From: Vulcanimicrobiota bacterium
GTDB lineage: Bacteria > Vulcanimicrobiota > Vulcanimicrobiia > Vulcanimicrobiales > Vulcanimicrobiaceae
Length of the DNA: 64,000 nt
Assembly (NCBI GenBank): GCA_963714015.1
Contig: OY970223.1
Location: 1,824,001-1,888,000 of the forward strand
Direction of reading: 5' to 3'
Within the stretch, counting starts at the first letter, position 1, and the number at the start of each line of letters is the position of its first letter. Under the pieces are notes generated by a model that saw nothing but the letters and a program-made list of their open reading frames with translations, did not search any database and had not been told where the DNA came from. Shown here one piece after another: positions 10,472 to 20,969 of this stretch. The translations under genes were made by a program, and so were the position numbers.

Positions 10472-11379
10472 TACGGTGAGTGCTCTGCTTTCACGGCGTG
10501 ACCGCCGAATTGATTGCGCAGCGCGGAAACGACTTTAGCGCTGTACGACTCGTCCTGCCGTGAGACGAATCGCGAGAGAAGCGCGAGCGTGATCGCCGGC
10601 GCCGGGACGCTTTCGTCGATAGCGGCTTGCACGGTCCAGCGCCCCTCGCCGGTGTCGTCGACCCAGCCGCGAATGCCTTCGAGATCGGGATCCTGCTCGA
10701 ACGCGCGAACCGCTAAATCGAGCAGCCACGATCGTATCACGCTGCCGTAGCGCCAAATCGACGCGACTTGCTGCAGATCGTATTTGAATTGTGAAGCGCG
10801 CAGTATCTCGAACCCCTCTCCGTACGCCTGCATCAACCCGTACTCGATCCCGTTGTGCACCATCTTGGAGAAGTGCCCGGCGCCCGGCGGTCCGACATGC
10901 GCGTATCCGCCTTTCGGCGCCAGCGTCAAAAAGATCGGCTCACACGCTCTGACGGCGTCGGCTTCGCCACCCACCATCAAGCAGTAGCCTTCGGTCAAAC
11001 CCCAAACGCCGCCGCTCGTTCCGGCATCGACGAGAGAAACGCCCTTGGCTTTGCACCGTTCGTAAGCCGCTAGGCCTTCCTTCCAATTCGTGTTGCCGCC
11101 GTCGATAATTACGTCGCCCGCGCCGAGCAGCGCCGCAAGCGCATCGATCGTCTCGTCCGTGGGCTTTCCCGACGGTACCATAATCCACACGACTTTCGGC
11201 TTGCCCGTCAACTTCGAGACGAGTTCTTGCAGCGACCCCGCGCCGGTCGCGCCCTCGCCCGCAGACTTTGCCACCGCCGACGCGTCGCGATCGTACACCA
11301 CCAGGCCGTGTTTATCGCGCAGCAGCCGCGTCGTCATGTTGGCTCCCATCTTACCTAAGCCAACCATCCCTAATTGCAT
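10471..11379 (-). CDS. gnd: 6-phosphogluconate dehydrogenase (short, NAD-type)
   Basis: 'GLGKMG', 'IDGGN', 'KMVHNGIEYGLMQAY', 'ALRNQFGGH'. Confidence 0.96.
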   Translation of the reverse strand: MQLGMVGLGKMGANMTTRLLRDKHGLVVYDRDASAVAKSAGEGATGAGSLQELVSKLTGKPKVVWIMVPSGKPTDETIDALAALLGAGDVIIDGGNTNWKEGLAAYERCKAKGVSLVDAGTSGGVWGLTEGYCLMVGGEADAVRACEPIFLTLAPKGGYAHVGPPGAGHFSKMVHNGIEYGLMQAYGEGFEILRASQFKYDLQQVASIWRYGSVIRSWLLDLAVRAFEQDPDLEGIRGWVDDTGEGRWTVQAAIDESVPAPAITLALLSRFVSRQDESYSAKVVSALRNQFGGHAVKAEHSP

Positions 11380-11466
11380 CGCCGTCTCTCTTCCGGAATA
11401 AATCCTTATCACGTTTGCATTGATGCTTGGCCGCAGCGCCGCTGCAGCTTAACGCCCAAGCATCGA

Positions 11467-14306
11467 TCACGTCTTTGCCATTAAAGCCTCATCGATCAGC
11501 CCGGACAGCGTCTCCAAGCCGCGGTCGAGATCGCCTTTAATATGGACCCGCACGCCGCGGCGGTTGCGTTTGTCGAGTGATTGCAGATCGCCGAGTGCTT
11601 GCGCCGCAATGAGCGTCCGGAAACCGACCCCCATGCCCGGGATTGCGAGATCGAACGGTGCGTCGGCGACTATTTGGATGAAGATGCCGGTGTCCGGGCC
11701 TCCTTTGTGTTCTTGACCGGTCGAGTGCAGGAACCGCGGGCCGAAGCCCAGCGTCGTCGCCGATTTGCGCGCATCGCGAACTCTCGTGCGCATCTCGCTG
11801 AGCGTTTGCGTGTGGGCGCGGTTGCGCGCGATGTAAGCGCAAAACGCCACATAGTCGCCGGGGTTGACTTCATTGAAGATCTGCGCGAGCGCTTGTGCGG
11901 GCTCCGACGCCGAGATTGACGAGCTGCCGGAGAGGAAGGAGAGCTCGAGAGCCTCACCGGTAACGGCGGGGGACGGTTCGTCGAAGGCGCCTTTCTGTGC
12001 GAACTCCTTGAGCAGCGCTTTCGTGTTGTCTTTGGACTCCTGAACGTTTGGTTGATCGAACGCGTCGATCTCCAGCAGAGATCCGGCTGCAGCTGTGGCA
12101 ATTTCCCACAGATAGAATTGCTCGCCCACGTCGTAAGGGTCGTTCATCGCAAGACGAATGACGGGATGCCCCGCGGACTGAAGCGCTCGAAGTTGTTCTT
12201 CGGTTTTTGCGTCGGCGTTCGGTAAGTTGCCGCCGACGTAAACGAAGACGCGATCGCTGCCGTAGACGCCGGGCGCGCCGAGCGGCTCGCCCTCGACCGG
12301 GAGTATGCCTTTGCCGTTTTTGCCGGTCGATTCCGCTATCAGTTGTTCCGCCCACGCGCCGAAGGCTGCGACCGATGGGTGGGTTACGATCGTGAGCTTG
12401 TCACGTCCCGCTTGCGCGAGTCCGCCGATCGCCGCCCCGAACTTGACGCCGGGCGCGGAATCCGGAGCCACGGTCTTGTCGTTTGCCGCCATCGCGCCCA
12501 GGCCCCGATCGAGCAGGCAGCTGATGTCGTATCCGGCGAGCGCCGCGGGAACGATGCCGAAGAAGGAGAGCGCCGAATAGCGGCCGCCGATGTTGGGATC
12601 GTTGACGAAGCATGCGCGGAAGCCTTGAGCCTTCGCTTCGTTTTCGAGCTCCGTGCCGGGATCGGTGATCGCGATGAAATGCCGTCCGCACTTGCTGGCG
12701 CCCACAATTTTCGAGACGCGATCGCAGAAATACCGGTAGAACGCGTCCGGCTCGGTCGTAGTGCCGCTCTTGCTGGCGACGATGAACAGCGAGCGCTCCA
12801 CGTCGATCGCTTCTTCGAGTTCCCGAATCTGCGGCGGATCGGTCGAGTCCAGTACGTGCAGGCGCGGAAAACCTTCGACTCGTCCGAACGTCTCGCGCAT
12901 GATATCCGGCGCCAGCGAACTTCCGCCCATTCCGAGCACGACGACGTGTTCGAATTCCGCGGCAACTTCTTGGGCGAACGTACGAAGATTCGCGACCGAG
13001 TCGAGCATGCGCTGCGGGATGTCCAGCCACCCGAGCGCGCGTTTGATAATCTCGGCGTGCGCCGGGTCGTTCGACCAGAGTTCGGCGTCCTTGCTCCACA
13101 GCCGCTTCAAAAAGTCGCGCTCGGTCAGGGCACCCAGTGCCGATTGGTAGTTCGGATTGTAGGAGCCGAGCTCCAATCTGACTCTTTCGCTTCCGGAGCT
13201 GAGTTGTTTCTGTTTGTAGACGATTGCCCCGAGCAGCGCGCCCCAGGAGTCACTGAAGAGCTTGACGCCTTCCACCTGAAGCTGATGCGTCACATCGTAA
13301 AGCGATATTTGACTATCGCCGAGCTGCTTCATGACGGCGCGGGCATCGTCGACGTCCTGGAGCACTGTGTCGGACTCGACCGTGCCGTGATCGAGCAGTG
13401 CGTCCAGTGTCTGCGGAGGCATGGTGTTGACCGTTTCCTTGCCGACGACGGGCTCGACGTACATCAGATCGTAGTATTGCGGGTTTTTCGTCGACGTGGA
13501 AGCCCACAGCGGTCGCTGACGATGCCCGCCTTTCTCGCGCAGCGCAAGCCACTGGGGCGAGGTGAAGATCTCCAGAAACTTTTGATAGGTCAATTTGAGG
13601 TTCGCAACGCCGGCTTTGCCTAAGAGCTGCTGGAGCTGCTTCTCGCCTTTGTCGATCCGCGCTTGGAGCAGCTTGTCGATCGCCGTGTCGATGCGGCTGA
13701 CGAAGACGCTGTTGACCGACCGGATGCGATCGATCGGCAACCCCTGTGCCGCGCGGCGTTCGAGTCCCCGGATGTACGCCATCGCGGTCTTCTCGTAATA
13801 TTCGACGGCAAACACGAGCGTCACGTTGATGTTGATCCCTTCGGCGATGCACTCCTCGATTGCGGGAATGCCCGCGTTCGTGCCCGGGATCTTGACCATG
13901 AGGTTGGGCCGGGCGACGCGCTGCCAAAGTTCTTTAGCCATCTGAATCGTGCCGGCGCTGTCGTTTGCCAGAAGCGGTGAGACTTCCAGCTGACGAATCC
14001 GTCGCCGCCTTGCGAACTATCGTATACGTCCCGGAAGAGGTCGCACGCGCTTTGAATGTCCTTGACTGCGATGTCCCAGAAAAGGCTGCTAGCGTCGGTT
14101 TCGCGGCCGACGAGCGAGCGCAGCTGTTCGTCGTAATCGTTTCCGGCGCCGATCGCCTTCTCGAAGATCGTCGGGTTGGAAGTCATTCCCCGAAGGCCTT
14201 TGTCGATCAGCGCCTGCAGTTCGCCGGAGCCAAACATTCCGCGCCGCAGGTTGTCGAGCCAGACGCTCTGCCCGGCTTGCAGCAATTGTTCGAGTTGGTT
14301 GCTCAT
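11467..14306 (-). CDS. tal-pgi: Bifunctional transaldolase/phosphoglucose isomerase (frameshift near 13989, probably a sequence error)
   Basis: 'GQSVWLD', 'GMTSNPTIF', 'VKIPGT', 'RPLWASTSTK' (Tal); 'GMGGSSL', 'SKSGTT', 'GGRYS', 'QLIAESTGK', 'DQPNVQESK' (Pgi); AGC-TG-GAA lacks one C. Confidence 0.95.
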
Positions 14307-14330
14307 GCTTTCTCCTGTAACGCGACGTAA

Positions 14331-16328
14331 CTAGCGGCTAACTGTAGCAAATCGTTCCAGCGCAACTTGCGCGATGTGTTCGGGCGTAAAACCGTATTCT
14401 TGCGCGATGGCCGCTGCAGGCGCGGACGTACCGAAATGATCGATTCCGTACGCATATCCTTGCAAGCCGATCCAGCGTTCCCACCCGAAGGTTGCGGCGG
14501 CTTCGATCGACATGCGCGCGGTAACCTGCGGCGGGAGCACTTCGTCCCGATACTCTTGCGGCTGAGCGGCAAAGAGCTCCCAGCAAGGCATCGAAACGAC
14601 GCGAGCCTGCGTACCTCGCTGCGAAAGCAGCGATGCGGCTTGCGCGGCCAGCGAAACTTCGGAACCGGTTGCAATCAGAATCACATCCGGCGTTCCGGAG
14701 ACGTCTACCAGCGTATACGCTCCCCGGCTGACCGCGGCCTTACGTTGCCCCAAGAACGGCAGTTTCTGACGGGAGAGCACTAGCGCCCATGGCCCTTCCG
14801 TCGCCTGAAGCATCACCTTCCAGGCTTCAAGCGTTTCCAATGCGTCGGCCGGCCGCACGACCATCAGATTCGGCGTCGCGCGCATGTGCGCCAGGTGCTC
14901 TATCGGCTGATGCGTCGGCCCGTCTTCGCCCAGGAACACGGAATCGTGCGTGAAGACGTAATATTCGCGGACCTTATTGATCGCAGCTAAGCGTACCGCG
15001 CCTTTCATGTAGTCCAGAAAGTTCAGGAACGTCGCGCTGAACGGCAGCAGCGCGCCGTGCAACGCAATGCCGTTGCTGATGCCTCCCATTGCGTGCTCGC
15101 GCACGCCGTAATGAATGTTGCGGCCCGCGAAGTTTCCAGGCTGGAAATCGCCGGCGTCCTTCAAATACGTCTTCGTGGACGGATCCAGGTCCGCCGACCC
15201 GCCGACCAGCTCGGGCACCTCAGCGGCGATCGCATTCATGACCGTTCCGCCGGCCTCACGCGTCGCAATCTCGCCGTTCTCTTTGGTAAATGCCGGCCAC
15301 GGAAGATTCTCCGGAAGCTTCTTTGCAAGCGCGCGTTCCAGATTCGCCGCCAGCTCGCCGTTCGCGTTCTTCCAGGCCTCGAATTCGCGCTGCCAAGTTT
15401 GCTGCAGCTGCGCGCCGCGCATACCAAGCTCGCGGTACCAGGCCAGCACGCCGTCCGGAACGTAGAAGTCCGGCTCGAGCGGCCAACCCAATTTTTCTTT
15501 CGTCAGTTTGACGTCTTCTGGTCCGAGCGGCTCTCCGTGTGCCTTGAACGAATCTTGCTTCGGCGAGCCGTATCCGATGTGCGTGCGCACCAGAATCAGC
15601 GAAGGTCTATCGGTTTCATTCTTTGCCTGGCTTATGGCGCGATCGATCGTCTCGACGTCGTTGCCGTCTTCGATACGGATCATCTGAGTATGCCAGCCGT
15701 ACGCGGCGAATCGCGCCGTCACGTCTTCGGTGAACGTTACGTCGGTCTTGGCGGCAAGCGAGACTTTGTTGTCGTCGTAGATCGCAACGAGCTTGCCCAA
15801 GCGCAAATGTCCGGCCATCGAGGCTGCCTCGGAACTGATGCCTTCCATGAGATCGCCGTCGCTGCACATGACGTACGTGAAATGATCGACGACGCGCCGT
15901 TCGCGATTGTATACGGCGGCCAGATGCGCTTCCGCTATAGCAAAGCCGACGGCATTGGAGAACCCCTGTCCAAGGGGCCCCGTCGTCACCTCGACGCCCG
16001 GCGTATGATGCGCCTCGGGATGACCCGGCGTTTTGCTGCCGAGCTGGCGGAATGATTTGAGGTCGTCGAGCGTGAGGTCGTAGCCGGTCAAATACAGCAG
16101 CGAATAAAGCAGCATCGAAGCATGACCGGCGCTCAAAATGAAGCGGTCGCGGTTGAACCAGCCCGGATCCTTCGCGTTGAAGCGCAGATGCTTGCTCCAC
16201 AGCGTGTAAGCGGTCGCGGCGGCGCCCAGCGGCATCCCGGGATGACCCGATTTCGCTTTTTGCACGGCGTCGACCGAAAGAAAACGAATCGCGTTGATAC
16301 GCTGTTCGTCGTCGCGCGTATTCGGCAC
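14331..16328 (-). CDS. tkt: Transketolase
   Basis: 'SGHPGMPLG', 'NRDRFILSAGHASMLLYS', 'GDLMEG', 'GEDGPTHQP'. Confidence 0.98.
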   Translation of the reverse strand: MPNTRDDEQRINAIRFLSVDAVQKAKSGHPGMPLGAAATAYTLWSKHLRFNAKDPGWFNRDRFILSAGHASMLLYSLLYLTGYDLTLDDLKSFRQLGSKTPGHPEAHHTPGVEVTTGPLGQGFSNAVGFAIAEAHLAAVYNRERRVVDHFTYVMCSDGDLMEGISSEAASMAGHLRLGKLVAIYDDNKVSLAAKTDVTFTEDVTARFAAYGWHTQMIRIEDGNDVETIDRAISQAKNETDRPSLILVRTHIGYGSPKQDSFKAHGEPLGPEDVKLTKEKLGWPLEPDFYVPDGVLAWYRELGMRGAQLQQTWQREFEAWKNANGELAANLERALAKKLPENLPWPAFTKENGEIATREAGGTVMNAIAAEVPELVGGSADLDPSTKTYLKDAGDFQPGNFAGRNIHYGVREHAMGGISNGIALHGALLPFSATFLNFLDYMKGAVRLAAINKVREYYVFTHDSVFLGEDGPTHQPIEHLAHMRATPNLMVVRPADALETLEAWKVMLQATEGPWALVLSRQKLPFLGQRKAAVSRGAYTLVDVSGTPDVILIATGSEVSLAAQAASLLSQRGTQARVVSMPCWELFAAQPQEYRDEVLPPQVTARMSIEAAATFGWERWIGLQGYAYGIDHFGTSAPAAAIAQEYGFTPEHIAQVALERFATVSR

Positions 16329-16521
16329 AGGTTCTCCTTCATTAGCGCCCGGCCGCGAATGGTGAACGAACCGGGCTTCAAGAGCTTTGTACCCACGTCG
16401 GAAGAGGTGGGTTGCCTGCTCCGCAAGGGGTTCCCGCCGGCGGCCTTCAGGCCTACAATGCTACGTGAGCGGGCATACTGCCCCTACAGCATCTTCCTCC
16501 AGGTTAACCTTAAGGAGATCT

Positions 16522-17031
16522 ATGCGATTGAAATCGCTCTCATTGATCCTTGCCGCCGCGGCGGCTTTTTCTCTGGTCGCTTGTTCGGGCGGAAGCAAGA
16601 GTTCCAGCACGACGAGCACCACGACCAGCCAGGGATCGCCGGCGGCAGGCGCGTCTCCGGCAGCATCTCCGGCAGCAGGCGCTACCGCGGTATCGTCTCC
16701 GGCAGCCGCCGGCGCTTCGCCCGCGGCATCTCCGGCCGCAACGACCGCTGCAATGGCCGGACACCGGCCCGCGCTCAACGGCAAGCCGGCCCCGATCCCG
16801 GCAACCCTGCACTGCGAAGGCGGTCAATCGCCGGTCTGGACCAATCCGAAACGGCACGTGTATCACGTGGCTTCCGATCCGGTCTATGGACGCACAAAGC
16901 AGGGGCAGTACATGTGCCTGCGCGATGCGGTTAACGCCGGTTATCATGCCGCCGGTGCGCGCCACCACGCAGCGGGTGCGGGTTCCATGGGCGGCGCGGC
17001 AACTGCCCCGCCGTCGCCGGCCGCGACGTAG
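16522..17031 (+). CDS. Lipoprotein with Ser/Thr/Ala/Pro-rich linker and small Cys-containing C-terminal domain
   Basis: RBS AAGGAG before ATG 16522; lipobox LVAC; SPAA repeats; 'C..VWTN..HVYH..YGRTKQGQYMC..DA..AGYHA'. Confidence 0.8.
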   Translation: MRLKSLSLILAAAAAFSLVACSGGSKSSSTTSTTTSQGSPAAGASPAASPAAGATAVSSPAAAGASPAASPAATTAAMAGHRPALNGKPAPIPATLHCEGGQSPVWTNPKRHVYHVASDPVYGRTKQGQYMCLRDAVNAGYHAAGARHHAAGAGSMGGAATAPPSPAAT

Positions 17032-17085
17032 CCTGATTTCGCTTTCCGCGGGAAGCGAGCCGTCGCGCGCCGTACCGTCCGCGCG

Positions 17086-17871
17086 ATGAACGACGAGCTC
17101 GAACGCAGGGTTAGCGAACGCGAGGAATCGGCCGTCGACGAGGTGATCGCTCGCCTTGACGACGGCCGTTTACGCGTCTGCGAATGCGTGGACGGCGAAT
17201 GGGTGACGCACTCCTGGATCAAACAAGCGATACTGCTCTACTTTGCCCAGCAGAAAATTCGGCCGATGGGTGGTCCGGACGTCACCTATTACGACAAGAT
17301 TCCGCTCAAGTCAAATTATGCGCAGCTCGGTGCGCGCTGCGTTCCGCCGGGCGTTGCCCGGTACGGAAGTTATCTGGGACGCGGCAGTATCCTCATGCCG
17401 GGCTATGTGAACGTCGGCGCATACGTCGGCGACGGATCGATGGTCGACACGTGGGCCACCGTCGGATCGTGCGCGCAAATCGGCAAGAACGTGCACCTCT
17501 CGGGGGGAGTCGGGATCGGCGGCGTTTTGGAGCCGCCGCAGGCAACTCCCGTGATCGTCGAGGACGGCGCATTTCTCGGTTCGCGCTGCATCGTCGTCGA
17601 GGGCGTGCGCGTGGGGCGCGAAGCGGTGCTGGGGGCGGGGGTCGTGCTTACCGCAAGCACCCCGATCGTCGACGTGCGTTCGAGTGAAGCCGTCACGACG
17701 AAAGGGCGGATCCCCGACCGCGCGGTGGTCATCCCCGGAACCACGCCGAAAGTGTTTCCCGCCGGTACCTACGGCGTTCCGTGCGCCCTGATCGTCGGTG
17801 CGCGTTCGGAGTCCACCGACCGCAAGACTTCGCTCAACGCCGCCTTGCGCGATTACGACGTCGCGGTTTAA
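17086..17871 (+). CDS. dapD: 2,3,4,5-tetrahydropyridine-2,6-dicarboxylate N-succinyltransferase
   Basis: 'YYDKIPLK', 'MVDTWATVGSCAQIGKNVHLSGGVGIGGVLEP'. Confidence 0.96.
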   Translation: MNDELERRVSEREESAVDEVIARLDDGRLRVCECVDGEWVTHSWIKQAILLYFAQQKIRPMGGPDVTYYDKIPLKSNYAQLGARCVPPGVARYGSYLGRGSILMPGYVNVGAYVGDGSMVDTWATVGSCAQIGKNVHLSGGVGIGGVLEPPQATPVIVEDGAFLGSRCIVVEGVRVGREAVLGAGVVLTASTPIVDVRSSEAVTTKGRIPDRAVVIPGTTPKVFPAGTYGVPCALIVGARSESTDRKTSLNAALRDYDVAV

Positions 17872-19017
17872 GTGATGAATCCGAGCGTCGCGCGAATTTC
17901 GGGATCGCTGATCCGCGAGATTGCCGCCAAACGCAAGCCAACCTCGGCCGATCTGGGGCTTGGCGAACCCGCGCTTATGCCGAATGCGGTACATCTCGAG
18001 GCGGGCATGTCATACGCGCGCGCGCACGGTCTTCGCTACTCGCCCAATGCGGGAGATGCGCAGCTGCGTGCAGCGATCGCGCACCATTACGGCTATCCGC
18101 ACCTGCGCGATGCCGAAAACGTTTGCATCACCACGGGTTCACAAGAAGCCACGTACGCGGTCATCAAGACTGTGCTGGATCCGGCAAAGGACGAGTTGCT
18201 GGTTGTGGAGCCGGCCTTTCCCTCCTATGCGAAGATGGCGACGCTGGAGGGCGTTTCCGCGCGAAGCGTAGCGATGAGCGAAGCGGATGATTTTGCATTC
18301 GATCCGGAGCGCATTATCGCCGCCGTGACAGCGCAAACGCGCATGATCGTGATCTGCTCGCCGTGCAATCCGACCGCGCGGGTTATGGATCGCACGGCGG
18401 TCGAGACGCTGAGTGAAGCATTGCTGCGCCGGGGCGGCGAGCCGGTGTACGTTCTGCACGATGAAATCTATCGGGAGCAGACGTTCATTGCGGACGCGGG
18501 TTATTTTGCAGCGCGTTATCCCCACGCGATCGTGACGAACAGCCTGAGCAAGAGCAACGCGCTTACCGGCCTGCGCCTGGGGTGGGCGCTCACGCCTTCC
18601 GAACTTTCCTCGGGCCTCGTAAAAGTGCACGCGTGGCTGACCTCGTGCGCGGACACCTTCGCGCAGGCGGTTGCCGCAAGCATCTTTTCAACGCCGGGTG
18701 CCATCGCGGAGCATGCAGCTTGGTACCGGGAGCAGCATCGCGGCGTTCTGGAGATTTTACGCGCGAGCGGACTGCGTTACATCGCGCCGGAAGGAAGTTT
18801 CTACGCCTGCATACGACTGCCGGAGGGCCGAAGTTCGCTCGAGGCCGCGCATGCGTTGGCGGACGAGCACGACGTCATCGCGATTCCCGGAAGCGCGTTC
18901 GGCGCTTCTTTCCGGAACTGGCTGCGATTGAGCTGGGTCGCGCCGCTCGAGAACGTCCGCACGGGCGTCGACCGGATCGCCCAATACTGTCGACGTTTTG
19001 CCGCAGAACCTGACTAA
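17872..19017 (+). CDS. PLP-dependent class I/II aminotransferase (candidate succinyl-DAP aminotransferase)
   Basis: 'SPCNPT', 'DEIY', 'SLSKSNALTGLRLGW'; abuts dapD. Confidence 0.88.
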   Translation: MMNPSVARISGSLIREIAAKRKPTSADLGLGEPALMPNAVHLEAGMSYARAHGLRYSPNAGDAQLRAAIAHHYGYPHLRDAENVCITTGSQEATYAVIKTVLDPAKDELLVVEPAFPSYAKMATLEGVSARSVAMSEADDFAFDPERIIAAVTAQTRMIVICSPCNPTARVMDRTAVETLSEALLRRGGEPVYVLHDEIYREQTFIADAGYFAARYPHAIVTNSLSKSNALTGLRLGWALTPSELSSGLVKVHAWLTSCADTFAQAVAASIFSTPGAIAEHAAWYREQHRGVLEILRASGLRYIAPEGSFYACIRLPEGRSSLEAAHALADEHDVIAIPGSAFGASFRNWLRLSWVAPLENVRTGVDRIAQYCRRFAAEPD

Positions 19018-19469
19018 CCAGCCGCGGAGCGCTGCGCTCTCCGCGAAGCCTTTACTCCGGCAGCATCGGGTGCTTTGCCGCACCTCTCACAGGTGACGGC
19101 GACGCCGATATTTCCGCCGCATCCCTCGTGCACGATCTCGCTGCGATCGGCGCCTTTCGTCCAACGCCGGCCCCACGAACGCAGCGCCAGCACGACGGGT
19201 GCGAGCGCGCGTCCTTTCTCAGTCAAAACGTACTCATAACGATCCGGCGAGCTTTGATAAAGGGTTCGCTTGAGAATGCCTTCGCCGGTCAATCGCTTCA
19301 ATCGAGTCGCGAGAATGTTTTCGGATATTCCGGAACGCTTGAATTCGTCGAACCGGCGCGCTCCCAGCAGTGCGTCCCGGACGATAATAAGGGACCACCA
19401 CTCCCCCACGATGTCGAGCGAACGCGCGATGGGACAGGGCACGGCCGCGGCCAGGCTCGCATGTCGCAT
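19014..19469 (-). CDS. HxlR family winged-helix regulator with C-terminal Cys motif
   Basis: 'CPIARSLDIVGEWWSLIIVRDA..GARRFDEF', 'YEYVLTEKGRAL', 'HEGCG..VTCERCG'. Confidence 0.92.
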   Translation of the reverse strand: MRHASLAAAVPCPIARSLDIVGEWWSLIIVRDALLGARRFDEFKRSGISENILATRLKRLTGEGILKRTLYQSSPDRYEYVLTEKGRALAPVVLALRSWGRRWTKGADRSEIVHEGCGGNIGVAVTCERCGKAPDAAGVKASRRAQRSAAG

Positions 19470-19481
19470 ATCCCCAGCATA

Positions 19482-19536
19482 GTTACTTGCATCATGGAAG
19501 TCAATGGCGTATACTCACTTCTATAATGCAAGTAAC
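19482..19536. promoter_or_regulatory. Pair of imperfect palindromic operators in the divergent HxlR intergenic region
   Basis: GTTACTTGCAT (19482-92) and ATGCAAGTAAC (19526-36) are a perfect inverted repeat; each lies in an ACTT-N..-AAGT box; TATAAT at 19522-27. Confidence 0.65.
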
Positions 19537-19548
19537 AGGAGGAATATC

Positions 19549-20283
19549 GTGCTCCAATCGCTCGGCTTCATCCTCATCTTCGGGACGGTCGCTGCCGTCG
19601 TCGTAACGATCTCCATAACGCTCTTCTTGCGCCGCAGCAGGCAGGTTGCGGCGGCTTTAGCTTTGGGCGCGTGGATCGGGCTTCTCGTCGATGCGACGCT
19701 CAGCCACGCCATCGAGCAGCTCGCCGTCCTTTTCACCCTGTTCGTCGCGCCGCTTCTCGTGACGGCGATCGGAGCGGTAACGATTTCGGAATTTCGAGAG
19801 CGCCTCTTGAACGTTCCGAGCCGGCTGATCGCGGGCCTCAACGTTTTACGATCGATTGGCTTCCTTTTTGTCTGGTTGGGCTTTGCCGGTGCGCTTGGCG
19901 GACCGTTTCCGTTCTTGGCCGGATATGGAGACGTTGCAACCGGTTTGCTGGCTATTCCGCTGGCCCTTCGGCCGCCGGGTCCGGGCAAAGGCGATCGGCG
20001 ACTGTTGCTTTGGAACACATTTGGCGCGCTGGACCTGATCGTAGCGGTCGCGCTCGGCGTCCTCTCCAGCAATGGATCTCCGATTCAACTGATCCATGCC
20101 GGCGCAGGGTCGGCTGCAATCACGCAATTGCCGTGGGCGCTGATTCCGATCTTCCTGGTTCCGTGTTTCCTGATCGGTCACGGGGTTATTTACGCGCAAT
20201 TACTCGCCCGCCGCCATCTGCCGGCTATACAGGTGCCGCCCGAGGTCGCTGCGGCGCATCTTTCGAGAACCTGGAGCGGTTGA
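19549..20283 (+). CDS. Multi-pass membrane protein of unknown function
   Basis: RBS AGGAGG + GTG 19549; about 7 TM segments; 'AGYGDVATG', 'WNTFGALDL'. Confidence 0.8.
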   Translation: MLQSLGFILIFGTVAAVVVTISITLFLRRSRQVAAALALGAWIGLLVDATLSHAIEQLAVLFTLFVAPLLVTAIGAVTISEFRERLLNVPSRLIAGLNVLRSIGFLFVWLGFAGALGGPFPFLAGYGDVATGLLAIPLALRPPGPGKGDRRLLLWNTFGALDLIVAVALGVLSSNGSPIQLIHAGAGSAAITQLPWALIPIFLVPCFLIGHGVIYAQLLARRHLPAIQVPPEVAAAHLSRTWSG

Positions 20284-20307
20284 GCGGGTGGTGGGAGGAA
20301 ACATGAC

Positions 20308-20949
20308 GTGAAGGTCGGCGTTCTGGGCAGTGGCGAGGTCGGAAAGCGCCTTGCCGGTGGTTTTGCTTCGCGCGGTCACGAGGTAACGATCGGATCGCGA
20401 AATCCCGAAAAACTCCAAACGTTCGTCGACGAAAGCGGCGGCCGGATACGAGCCGGAACGTTTGAAGAGGCGGCGCGGTTTGGGGAACTTATCGCGATCG
20501 CGACGTTGTTCGCGGGCACCCGAGAGGCGCTGGAACTCGCCGGGCCGCAGAATTTTTCAAGCAAGATCGCCATCGACGCTACCAATCCGCTCAAGTTTGA
20601 AGAGGGCAAGCTGCCGGAGCTTTCCGTCGGCTTGGACGACTCCGCCGGGGAGCAGATTCAACGGCAGCTGCCGGACGCGAAGGTCGTCAAGGCGTTCAAC
20701 ATCATCGGGAACGCCCACATGATCGATCCGCATTTCGCCGGCGGTCTGCCGACGATGTTCATCGCGGGAAATGACGAGAGCGCCAAGAAAACCGTCGCGG
20801 GCATCGTGGAGTCATTCGGCTGGAAAAACGAAGTGATCGACATGGGCGGAATCGAAGAATCGCGCGGGTTGGAGGCGATGGCCGTCGTCTGGATACATTA
20901 CGGTATCCGGTCGGGTTCCTGGAACCACGCTTTTAAATTACTTCGATAG
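20308..20949 (+). CDS. NAD(P)-binding oxidoreductase, F420-dependent NADP oxidoreductase family
   Basis: 'GVLGSGEVG', 'IDATNP', 'VVKAFN', 'AGND..AK'. Confidence 0.9.
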   Translation: MKVGVLGSGEVGKRLAGGFASRGHEVTIGSRNPEKLQTFVDESGGRIRAGTFEEAARFGELIAIATLFAGTREALELAGPQNFSSKIAIDATNPLKFEEGKLPELSVGLDDSAGEQIQRQLPDAKVVKAFNIIGNAHMIDPHFAGGLPTMFIAGNDESAKKTVAGIVESFGWKNEVIDMGGIEESRGLEAMAVVWIHYGIRSGSWNHAFKLLR

Positions 20950-20969
20950 CGCTGAGGGGTGCATCCGAA

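Noticed and set aside
13980..14000. Programmed frameshifting in tal-pgi (also considered for pgl and GH20)
   Set aside because: No slippery sequence or stimulatory structure; breaks fall inside conserved domains, so sequence error is more parsimonious
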